Below, piece after piece: positions 17,966-26,936 of a stretch of 64,000 nucleotides of DNA. Source of the stretch: Clostridia bacterium (GTDB lineage: Bacteria; Bacillota; Clostridia; TANB77; CAG-508); NCBI GenBank assembly GCA_017937285.1, contig JAGBDU010000038.1, forward strand, positions 7,795 to 71,794, in the 5' to 3' direction. Under the pieces are notes generated by a model. The model did no database searches. It was not told the DNA's origin and was given only the letters and a program-made list of their open reading frames with translations. Position 1 is the stretch's first letter, and every line of letters starts with the position of its first letter. Both the position numbers and the translations under genes were made by a program.

Positions 17966-20501
17966 ATGAAAAAAGCTTTAATTAAAGATAGTGTAAAACA
18001 AATTAAAAATACGTTTAAACGTTTTATATCAATATTACTAATGGCATTTTTAGGTGTGGGATTTTTTGCTGGAATAAAAGCAACTTCACCAGATATGGTA
18101 TATACAATAGATAAATATTATGATGAACAAAATGCCTATGATATTCAGGTAGTTTCAACATTAGGTTTAACAAATCAAGATTTAAAAGAAATAGCAAAAA
18201 TTGAAGAGGTAGAGCAAATTGAAGGAACATACGAAAAAGATGCATTGGTAGATATAGATAGAGCAGAAGTTGTTGTAAAATTATTGCCACTAAAAAATAT
18301 AAATGCTCCAGTATTAATAGAAGGAAATCTTCCTCAAAATGTAAATGAGTGTGCAGTAGAAAAAAGTTTTTTAGAAAGTAAAAATAAAAAAATTGGTGAT
18401 TTTATAGAACTTAAAGTAGAAAATTCAAAAAATGATGATGGGGAAGAAATTCAATATCTAAAAGAAAATAATCTAAAAATAGTAGGTGTTGTTGAAAGTC
18501 CTCTTTATATTTCAAGTGATAGAGGTACAAGTACTTTAGGTGCTGGTAAAGTGAATTATTTTATGTATATATCTGAAGATAATATTAATGCAAATGATAT
18601 ATATACACAAATTTATGTAAAAATGAAAGATTCTAATGCATATATAACATCTAGTAATGAATATGAAAAAAAATGTAGAAAAATTAAAAAATAGTATAGA
18701 GCAAATAAAATCAGAAAGAGAAAATGCTAGATATAATGAATTAATAGATACAGCTACTAAAAAACTAAATGAGGCAGAAAAAGAGCTTATTGATGCTAAA
18801 GCCCAAATAGCTGATATAGAAAGCCCTATATGGTATGTATTTGATAGACATAATAATGACGGATATGATGGATTTATACAAGATTCACAAAGTATAAAAA
18901 GTATAGGAGCAGTATTTCCAGTAGTATTTTTTGTTGTAGCAACATTAATATCATTAACATCTATGACAAGAATGGTAGAAGAGCAAAGAACTCAAATTGG
19001 AACATTAAAAGCTCTTGGATATAATAAGTTCCAAATAATAAGTAAATATGTTATATATGCAGCAGTAGCAACTGTTATTGGTGGAATAGCTGGCATGTGT
19101 GTTGGATTTCAGCTTATACCAAAGATTATTATAAAAATGTATCAAATGATGTACCAATTATCTAATCCTGTAATTAAATTTAATTTTTATTATGGAGCAA
19201 TTGGATTAGGTTTAATAAGTTTTTGTATAATAGGTGCAACAATATATGCGGCTTTAAAAGAGCTAGTAAATACCCCAGCGGCCCTTATGAGACCTAAGTC
19301 ACCTAAAATAGGAAAAAGAGTTTTTTTAGAGCGAATACCTTTCATTTGGAAGAGATTGTCTTTTTCTAGAAAAGTAACCGTAAGAAATATATTCAGATAT
19401 AAAAAGAGATTTTTAATGACTATTATAGGAATATTTGGATGTACTTCATTAATACTTGCTGGATTTGGATTAAAAGATTCTATCAAAAGCATATTACCAG
19501 CTCAATTTGAAAATGTATTTAATTATGATATGCAGATAACATTAAAAAATGGAATTAGTGAAGAGCAAAAAAATAATTATATAGAAGATTTAAAATCAAC
19601 AGGAAAAATACAAAAAGTTGTAAGTACATATATGATGTCAAGTACAGTAGAACATAATGAAAATAAAGAAGATGTGATTATAATTGTTCCAGAAGATGAA
19701 AACAAATTAGATGGAATAATTAATATAAAAGATGTAAAAACAAAAGAAAAAGTAAATTTAAAAGAAAACGAAATTTGCATAACCGATAAAGCATCACAAT
19801 TATTAGATATAAAAAGAGGAGATACAGTTAAACTAATTGATGCAAATGATAATGAAATAGAAGTAAAAGTATCTGATATTGTAGAAAATTATGCATATCA
19901 CTATGTATATATGTCAAAACAAACATATGAAAATTTATATAGAAAAACATTTAATACAAATGTGTTATATACACAAAACATAGATTTAACAGATGAAGAA
20001 ACAGATAATTTATCAAAGGATATTATTGATGATAATGAAGTATCAGGAGTAAGTGTAATATCAACAGCTATAAATAGAATGTCTGAAATGATGAATTCAT
20101 TAAATTATGTTGTAATAATATTAATAGTTTCAGCAGGATTACTTGCATTTGTAGTTCTATACAATTTGCAAAATGTAAATATAAGTGAAAGAATAAGAGA
20201 ACTTGCTACCATAAAGGTACTAGGTTTTTATGATAAAGAAGTTTATTCATATGTTACAAGAGAAACAGTTTTATTAACAATAATTGGTATAGCTTTAGGT
20301 TTAATTGGAGGATATTTCCTAAATGCATTTATACTTAATACATGTGAAATAAATATACTTAGATTTAATAAAATAATAAGACCAATAAGCTATATATATT
20401 CGATTTTGATAACAGTAGGATTTAGTATTATAGTCAATATTGTTACATACTTTTCACTTAAAAAAATCGATATGATAGAAAGTCTGAAGAGTGTAGAGTA
20501 G
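17966..20501 (+). pseudogene. large FtsX/MacB-type ABC permease split by a frameshift in an A8 run
   Basis: ORFs 17966-18694 and 18657-20501 overlap at GAAAAAAAATG (A-run 18666-18673). One A fewer would give a continuous ...NEYEKNVEKLKNSIEQ... The C-terminal part carries FtsX helices. Confidence 0.6.
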
Positions 20502-20551
20502 TGAAAAATTAGAACTAGTAAGGTTGTGTCGAAAAATGTAAAAAAAAACCG

Positions 20552-20580
20552 TTGACAAACAAAAAAACAATTTATATAAT
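20552..20580 (+). promoter_or_regulatory. sigma-A type promoter
   Basis: TTGACA, 17 nt, TATAAT. Confidence 0.6.
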
Positions 20581-20702
20581 TAGGAAGAAAAGATAGATAA
20601 ATATTGAAATTTGTTTTATTATCTTGTAAAAAAACAAACATAAAGTTATAATCATATTATCGAATTTTTATAAGAATAAACAACAAAAGACGAGGTGGAA
20701 AA

Positions 20703-22073
20703 ATGGAAGAAATAGATTTAAAAAGTTTATTTAATTTAATATGGAAGAAAAAAATAGCTATTATCTGTATTACTATACTTGGAGCATTAATAGCAGTAGG
20801 ATATAATTTATACTTTACAGTGCCGAAATATAAATCAACAACTACTTTTTTGCTTACTCAATCTGCTGATGAACAAAATGTATCAAATACAATAACAACA
20901 ACAGATATTACTCTAAATTCAAAATTATTAAATAATTATACAGAATTAATAAAAAGTGATTCTGTATTAAATGAAGTGCTTAAACGATTAGAGATAGTTT
21001 ATAATACGCAAGAGCTAAAGAAAAATATTTCAATAGTGTCAAAATCAGATACATTTATAGTACTATCTGTTGAATTTCCTCAGAAAGAAAAAGCACCGTT
21101 AATTGCAAATACAATTGTAGAAGTATTTAACGAAAAAGTTAAAGAAATTTATAATATGGAGAACGTTCATGTTATGGATTTGGCAGTAGAAGCAAATAAG
21201 CCAAGCAATATAAATCCTATTAAATATTCTATAATAGGTGCAGGAATAGGATTTATAATTTCAATAATGATTGTTTTAATATTTAATTGTTTTGATGATT
21301 CTGTAAAAGATGAAAATGATATAGAGCGTCAATTAGGATTAAAAACATTAGCAAAAATATCTAAACAGCAAAAGATAAAAAAAATAGAATGGAATCCAAA
21401 GGCAGATTACATAGAAGGTATAAAAGCATTAAGAACTAATTTACAATTTGTAAAAAGAGGGAAAGATATAAAAACAGTTGCAATTACAAGTACTTGTCCA
21501 GGAGAAGGAAAGAGTTGGATAGCTTCAAATTTGGCACTTGCATTTGCAAAAGCAGATTATAATGTATGTGTTGTAGATACAGACATGAGAAAAGGCACAA
21601 TACATAATAAATTTGGTATAAGTCAGACACCAGGACTTTCAAATTTAATAATAAGCGATGATGATGTAGAAGATTTTAAAATGTTATACAATAAATATAT
21701 TAAATCAACTAAAATAAATAATATTTCTGTAATTTCTTGTGGAAATTACAGTACAGATTCTTCAGAGCTTCTTATTTCAAACAAAGTAAAAAAATTAATA
21801 TATGTATTGAAACAATATTTTGACATAATAATTTTTGATACAGCACCAAGTACATTATTAACAGATGCGATAATACTTAGTAGATTAGTAGATACAAATA
21901 TTATAGTAACAGAATATGGAAAAACAAAATTTAAAGAGCTAAAAAATGTAAAAGATTTAATAAATAGCGTCGAAGGGGACTTAGCAGGAGTTGTAATTAA
22001 CAAAATTGATGACAATAAAAGAAAAGATTACTATTATGGGGAAACGAAAAAAGTAAAAAAAAGAAGACATTAA
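20703..22073 (+). CDS. Wzz chain-length-determinant domain fused to a BY-kinase (CpsC/CpsD-type fusion)
   Basis: Two TM helices flank a Wzz-like loop. Walker A PGEGKS, A' VVDTDMRKG, Walker B IIIFDTAP. C-terminal tyrosine cluster DYYYG. Confidence 0.85.
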   Translation: MEEIDLKSLFNLIWKKKIAIICITILGALIAVGYNLYFTVPKYKSTTTFLLTQSADEQNVSNTITTTDITLNSKLLNNYTELIKSDSVLNEVLKRLEIVYNTQELKKNISIVSKSDTFIVLSVEFPQKEKAPLIANTIVEVFNEKVKEIYNMENVHVMDLAVEANKPSNINPIKYSIIGAGIGFIISIMIVLIFNCFDDSVKDENDIERQLGLKTLAKISKQQKIKKIEWNPKADYIEGIKALRTNLQFVKRGKDIKTVAITSTCPGEGKSWIASNLALAFAKADYNVCVVDTDMRKGTIHNKFGISQTPGLSNLIISDDDVEDFKMLYNKYIKSTKINNISVISCGNYSTDSSELLISNKVKKLIYVLKQYFDIIIFDTAPSTLLTDAIILSRLVDTNIIVTEYGKTKFKELKNVKDLINSVEGDLAGVVINKIDDNKRKDYYYGETKKVKKRRH

Positions 22074-22447
22074 ATTAAAGTCTTAAAATTTATTTCTTTA
22101 GAATGAAATAAATTTTAATAAATAAAAGTTATTTCACAAATGTGAAATAACTTGACAAAAAATTAAAATAAATTATTAAGAGAAACTGATTTTTATAAAT
22201 TAGCTTCTCTTTTTTTTTGCGCTTATAGGAGAAAGGAACGATATTTAAATCAAAACAAATTACGGAAAGAAAACTTTCGAAATACAAAACGACATAATAA
22301 GTTGACACCAACGAGATTATTTTTAAATTATGTTAATATTTGTGCTTAAAATTATATATACTAAAAAATAAAATAGTAAGTAGAAAAGGTGTAAATTATA
22401 TGCTATACTATAAGTGGTTATATCAAAAATTAGAAAGAGGTAAAATT

Positions 22448-24405
22448 ATGTTTAAATTGGTATCAAATTACAAGCGGGGCAGGAGACCAACCACAGGCAA
22501 TAGAATATCTATCTAAAGGAATACAAGAAGGCAAAAAATTCCAAACGCTTCTAGGAGTTACAGGTTCGGGAAAAACCTTCACAATGGCAAATATAATACA
22601 AAAAGTACAAAAACCAACATTAGTATTGGCTCATAATAAAACTTTAGCTCGGACAATTATATAGTGAATTCAAAGAATTTTTTCCAGAAAACTCTGTTGA
22701 ATATTTCGTATCATACTACGACTACTATCAACCAGAAAGTTACATTCCATCATCAGATACCTACATCGAAAAAGATTCCTCAATAAATGACGAAATCGAC
22801 AAACTACGTCATTCAGCAACATTATCTTTGTTCGAACGAAAAGACGTAATAATAGTAGCCTCAGTATCATGCATCTATGGCTTAGGAGACCCAATTGATT
22901 ATCAAGAAATGATGTTATCTTTGCGTCCAGGAATGGAAAAGCCAAGAAATGAAGTAATGAAAAAATTAGTAACAATGCAATACTCAAGAAATGAACTAGA
23001 CTTCAAAAGAGGTACATTCAGAGCCAAGGGTGATGTGTTAGAAATATATCCATCATCACAAAGTGAATCAGCTATAAGAGTAGAATTCTGGGGAGACGAA
23101 ATTGAAAAAATTCATGAAATAAATCCACTAACAGGAAAAAGCATAGGATTACGCTCACATGTATTAATACCACCCGCTTCTCAATATGTAACAAGTAAAG
23201 AAAAATTAGAAAGAGCAATATCAACAATAGAAGAAGAAAAAAAGGAAAGAGTAGAATATTTCAAATCACAAAACAAACTAATAGAAGCACAAAGAATAGA
23301 AGAGCGTACAAACTTTGATATAGAAATGATGAAAGAAACAGGATTTTGCCAAGGAATAGAAAATTATTCAAGACATATAAGTGGTAGACCAGCAGGAAGT
23401 CCACCATACACATTATTTGACTATTTTCCAAAAGACTTTTTACTACTAATAGACGAATCACATGCAACTATTCCACAAGTAAGAGCAATGTATAATGGAG
23501 ATAGAGCAAGAAAAGAATCATTAGTAAATTATGGATTTAGATTACCATCAGCATTTGATAACAGACCACTAACATTTAAAGAATTTGAAGAGCGAATAAA
23601 CCAAGTAGTATTTGTAAGTGCAACACCAGCAGATTACGAAAAAGAGCACAGCAAAGAAAATGTAGTAGAGCAAATAATAAGACCTACAGGACTATTAGAT
23701 CCAAAAATAGAAGTAAAACCTGTAACAAACCAAATAGATGACCTAATAAATCAAATACATCAAATAATAGAAAAACAAGAAAGAGTTTTAGTAACAACAC
23801 TAACTAAAAAAATGGCAGAAGATTTAACATCATACTTAGCAAGTTTAGATATAAAAGTAAAATATATGCACTCAGACATAAAAGCGTTAGAAAGAATGGA
23901 AATAATTCGTGACCTACGTTTAGGAGAATTTGATGTACTAGTAGGTATAAACTTATTAAGAGAAGGACTAGACATACCAGAAGTATCATTAGTAGCAATA
24001 CTAGATGCAGACAAAGAAGGATTTTTACGTTCAGAAAGATCATTAATACAAACAATTGGTCGTGCAGCAAGAAATACAGAAGGACGAGTAATAATGTATG
24101 CAGATGAACTAACAGAATCAATGGAAAAAGCAATACACGAAACTAACAGAAGACGTGAAATCCAAATGAAATATAATCAAGACCATGGAATAGTACCACA
24201 AACAATAAAGAAATCTGTAAGAGCGCTAATTAGTGCAAAAATAGTAGAAGAAGCATCAGCAGAATATAAACTTGATAAAGGTAGCAACATTCAAGATGTA
24301 ATAAATAAATTAACAGACGAAATGTTAAAACATGCAGCAGCAATGGAATTTGAAAAAGCAGCAGAGCTTAGAGATAAAATTAAAGAATTAGAATCAATGA
24401 TATGA
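22448..24405 (+). pseudogene. uvrB: excinuclease ABC subunit B with two +1 frameshifts in the first ~70 codons
   Basis: ATG 22448 gives MFKLVSNYK. The frame is lost at about 22475-22479 (CGGGG), then [57 protein letters not shown] reads in the next frame. It is lost again at about 22650 (GCT C GGA), then [29 protein letters not shown]... runs into ORF 22828-24405. Confidence 0.85.
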
Positions 24406-24492
24406 ATCTGTGAAAGCTGATTTGTTTGAATAGTATGAAAAAATGTAAGTGTACTTGTTTGAATAATATAAGTAAATTTGGTTAAAAAATTG

Positions 24493-24551
24493 GTTACAGT
24501 TCAGTGAAAAGAATCAGCCGTTTCAAAGGAATTATATTATAAATTGCAAAA
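24493..24551 (+). repeat. short intergenic repeat family GTTACAGTTCAG...AGCCGTTTCAAAGGAATTATATT, copy a
   Basis: 12-nt GTTACAGTTCAG is identical at 26773 and, reverse-complemented, at 43275. The tail is shared with 26800-26825 and, inverted, with 36673-36705. Confidence 0.65.
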
Positions 24552-24562
24552 TCGTAAATAAT

Positions 24563-24592
24563 TTGACAAGAAAAGCATGAGTGATATATAAT
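24563..24592 (+). promoter_or_regulatory. sigma-A type promoter for the two small paralogous genes
   Basis: TTGACA, 18 nt, TATAAT. Confidence 0.5.
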
Positions 24593-24687
24593 AAGACAAT
24601 CAAATTGAAAGGAAAAAGATTTTATTTTTCATTAGTAAACGACAATCTCTATTGCAATGCAAAAGAGATACAAAAAGGAGGTAGACA

Positions 24688-25113
24688 ATGTCTAACTTTT
24701 TACAACAAAGTAATAAAACCTATCTTGAAGACACATTTGTACCGCAAGTTGGAATTCTGTTGCCTAATGGAGAATTTAAACCAAACACGGGGCAAGGACA
24801 TCCAAAACATGCACAAGCAATATGCCAAGATCTTAACATTGAAGTGCCAAATGGATGCAATGCTGATGATTTTCTCATAATGTCTGGATGTGCAATGATA
24901 GCAACATATGATGCTTTTAAAAGAAAGCAGATTAAAATTGCTAAAAATAATCCGCATTATGATAAAATGATGACAGTTATGAATTCATATATTTCACATG
25001 GATTCAAAGTTATTGAAGGCTGGAATTTGAACACTGAATATCAATATGCACTAGAACAAGCCCTGAAAATGACTCATAAAACTATCATTGAAGAAACAAT
25101 CATTATCCAATAA
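24688..25113 (+). CDS. hypothetical protein, paralog A
   Basis: AGGAGG RBS, 141 aa, G+C richer than the surroundings. Shares the G-x-GH...A..I...DFLI..G..I pattern with the next ORF. Confidence 0.6.
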   Translation: MSNFLQQSNKTYLEDTFVPQVGILLPNGEFKPNTGQGHPKHAQAICQDLNIEVPNGCNADDFLIMSGCAMIATYDAFKRKQIKIAKNNPHYDKMMTVMNSYISHGFKVIEGWNLNTEYQYALEQALKMTHKTIIEETIIIQ

Positions 25114-25142
25114 ACATTTGTAAAGAAGCGGAGGTAAACGAA

Positions 25143-25439
25143 ATGTATAGAAACAAATTAGGATTTATTATTTTAGGTAACTTTGTTCCTATAGCTGGCT
25201 GTGGACATGATTCTGTAGCTATGGAAATCATACGGAACAACGGGTGGTTATCTGAGTTTCATCAGTACACTCATTCAGATCCAAAAGATTTTCTAATTCT
25301 GAAAAAAGGTGCAATTCAAATTGGTAGCTCTGGTATTTCAACCCAAATAATTTATAGCTCCCTAAAGCACTCTCGGAAGGATATAGAAAAAGTGCAAGAG
25401 AAATATGGTTTGTGGGGATATAAACTTATAGCCTATTAA
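25143..25439 (+). CDS. hypothetical protein, paralog B
   Basis: GGAGG RBS, 98 aa. AGCGHDSVAMEIIRNNGW...DPKDFLILKKGAIQIG aligns with paralog A. Confidence 0.6.
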   Translation: MYRNKLGFIILGNFVPIAGCGHDSVAMEIIRNNGWLSEFHQYTHSDPKDFLILKKGAIQIGSSGISTQIIYSSLKHSRKDIEKVQEKYGLWGYKLIAY

Positions 25440-25468
25440 CGCCAAATATAATCTTAGCTAAATGACAA

Positions 25469-25510
25469 AAAGAAATGCTTATTTTCAACTGAAATAAGCA
25501 TTTCTTTTTC
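25469..25510 (+). terminator. rho-independent terminator
   Basis: AAAGAAATGCTTATTT - loop - AAATAAGCATTTCTTT followed by a T-tract. Confidence 0.8.
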
Positions 25511-25673
25511 GTATTATAGGAAAGTTCGTTTTTTATTTTATTACTAAAAATATAACTAGCCAAATAAATTTTTTAAAAATTTGTTAATATTTTAAACTTT
25601 TTAGTAACATAAATCGTATTCATAATAGAAAACGAAAAAATAAGGAGAAATTTTATAATAAGGAGGAATTTTT

Positions 25674-26636
25674 ATGAAGAAAAGTTTAAAATGTTTAATT
25701 TTTATAATGATTATTTTATTGGTAAGTAATTTTAATAGTATGGTATTTGCTTGTGAAGAAGATTATCTAGATAACTGGATGCAAGATGAAGATTATTGTT
25801 TTTACTTTGATATATATAAGGGCATTAGTCCAGAAAATGTATTTATGGAAGTTGGAGAAACAAAAGATGTAAAGAAAATATTGTGTTTTACATCTGCAGA
25901 TTATGATTATATATATGACGAATCTAGTCAAGAATGGATAGAGCAAGGAAAACAATTTGACATCGTTTTAAATAAATTATTAGTAAAATCTTCAGATGAC
26001 AGTTGTATTAGCATTATTATTAATGAAAATAAAATGGACGGTATTACAGAAATGCAATTAAAAGCAAATAAACCAGGAGAGTGTGAGATATATGCTGATT
26101 ATTATTACAATAATAAACATTATGAGATTCAAACGACATTTTTTGTAAAGGGTAACAAGCAAGATGATAATATAGCAGATAATACAATAATTAATGATAA
26201 TAAACAAATAGAAAATAAGATTCCTGAAGAAGTTAAAAAAGATACAACTAATGAAACACCAGTAAAAGTCGAAAATACTACACCACAAAAATCAAATGAA
26301 AACACAGTAAATACTTCCAAAAATACAAATTCTAATAATTCAACTATAACTAAACCAAATAATGAAAAAATAAATAAAACAGAAGAACAAGAAGAAAAAG
26401 AAGATAAAAATGAAATTGATGCTGATGATAAAAATAAAATAAATGATGATAAAGTAGAGAAAAATGAAATTACTACAGTTACTACTAACGAAACACAAAT
26501 AATTGAAAATTCAAAATCAAATAAAGATGAAAAAACAAGTAAAGTAAATATTATAATTATAGTTGTTAGTATTATACTAATATTAACAGGTGTTACAATA
26601 TTTGCAAGAATCTTAATTAAACGTAATAATGAATAA
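25674..26636 (+). CDS. surface-anchored protein (signal peptide, Ig-like domain, N/K/E/T-rich linker, C-terminal TM anchor)
   Basis: N-terminal signal LIFIMIILLVSNFNSMVFA, low-complexity middle region, C-terminal IIIIVVSIILILTGVTIFARILIKRNNE. Confidence 0.7.
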   Translation: MKKSLKCLIFIMIILLVSNFNSMVFACEEDYLDNWMQDEDYCFYFDIYKGISPENVFMEVGETKDVKKILCFTSADYDYIYDESSQEWIEQGKQFDIVLNKLLVKSSDDSCISIIINENKMDGITEMQLKANKPGECEIYADYYYNNKHYEIQTTFFVKGNKQDDNIADNTIINDNKQIENKIPEEVKKDTTNETPVKVENTTPQKSNENTVNTSKNTNSNNSTITKPNNEKINKTEEQEEKEDKNEIDADDKNKINDDKVEKNEITTVTTNETQIIENSKSNKDEKTSKVNIIIIVVSIILILTGVTIFARILIKRNNE

Positions 26637-26772
26637 TATTGTTGTATTTAAAATTAATAGCAAAAACTCATCCATAAGGGTGAGTTTTTTGAGTATAAGA
26701 CAAATGAAAAAAATGTTGAAGGTTATAACAAATGTGTGTTATATTTCAATGCAAAGAGTAAGCCGTTGCAAA

Positions 26773-26825
26773 GTTACAGTTCAGGTACTTTAAGATAAGC
26801 TGTTCAAAGGAAATAGATTAATAAT
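26773..26825 (+). repeat. same intergenic repeat family, copy b
   Basis: GTTACAGTTCAGGTACTTTAAGATAAGCTGTTCAAAGGAAATAG. Confidence 0.65.
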
Positions 26826-26898
26826 CAATACAAACTATTGTTTCAATGCAAAAAATAGTGTATAATAGCAATGATATTCTGTACGGTAAAGAAAAAAA

Positions 26899-26912
26899 CG
26901 TACATTTGTTCA
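26899..26912 (+). promoter_or_regulatory. candidate LexA (Cheo) box upstream of uvrA
   Basis: CGTACATTTGTTCA, whose reverse complement is TGAACAAATGTACG. It is close to the Gram-positive consensus CGAAC-N4-GTTCG and lies 25 nt before the uvrA ATG. Confidence 0.4.
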
Positions 26913-26936
26913 TAATATTCATAAGGGGGCTATTTT

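Noticed and set aside
22150-22447. LexA box or other regulatory site upstream of uvrB
   Set aside because: Only weak half-matches (GGAACGATATTT, CGAAATACAAAACG) were found. Neither approaches the CGAAC-N4-GTTCG consensus.
24581-24880. 99-aa ORF overlapping the start of paralog A
   Set aside because: It begins inside the promoter region without an SD. The overlapping frame at 24688 has a perfect AGGAGG RBS and a paralog next door.
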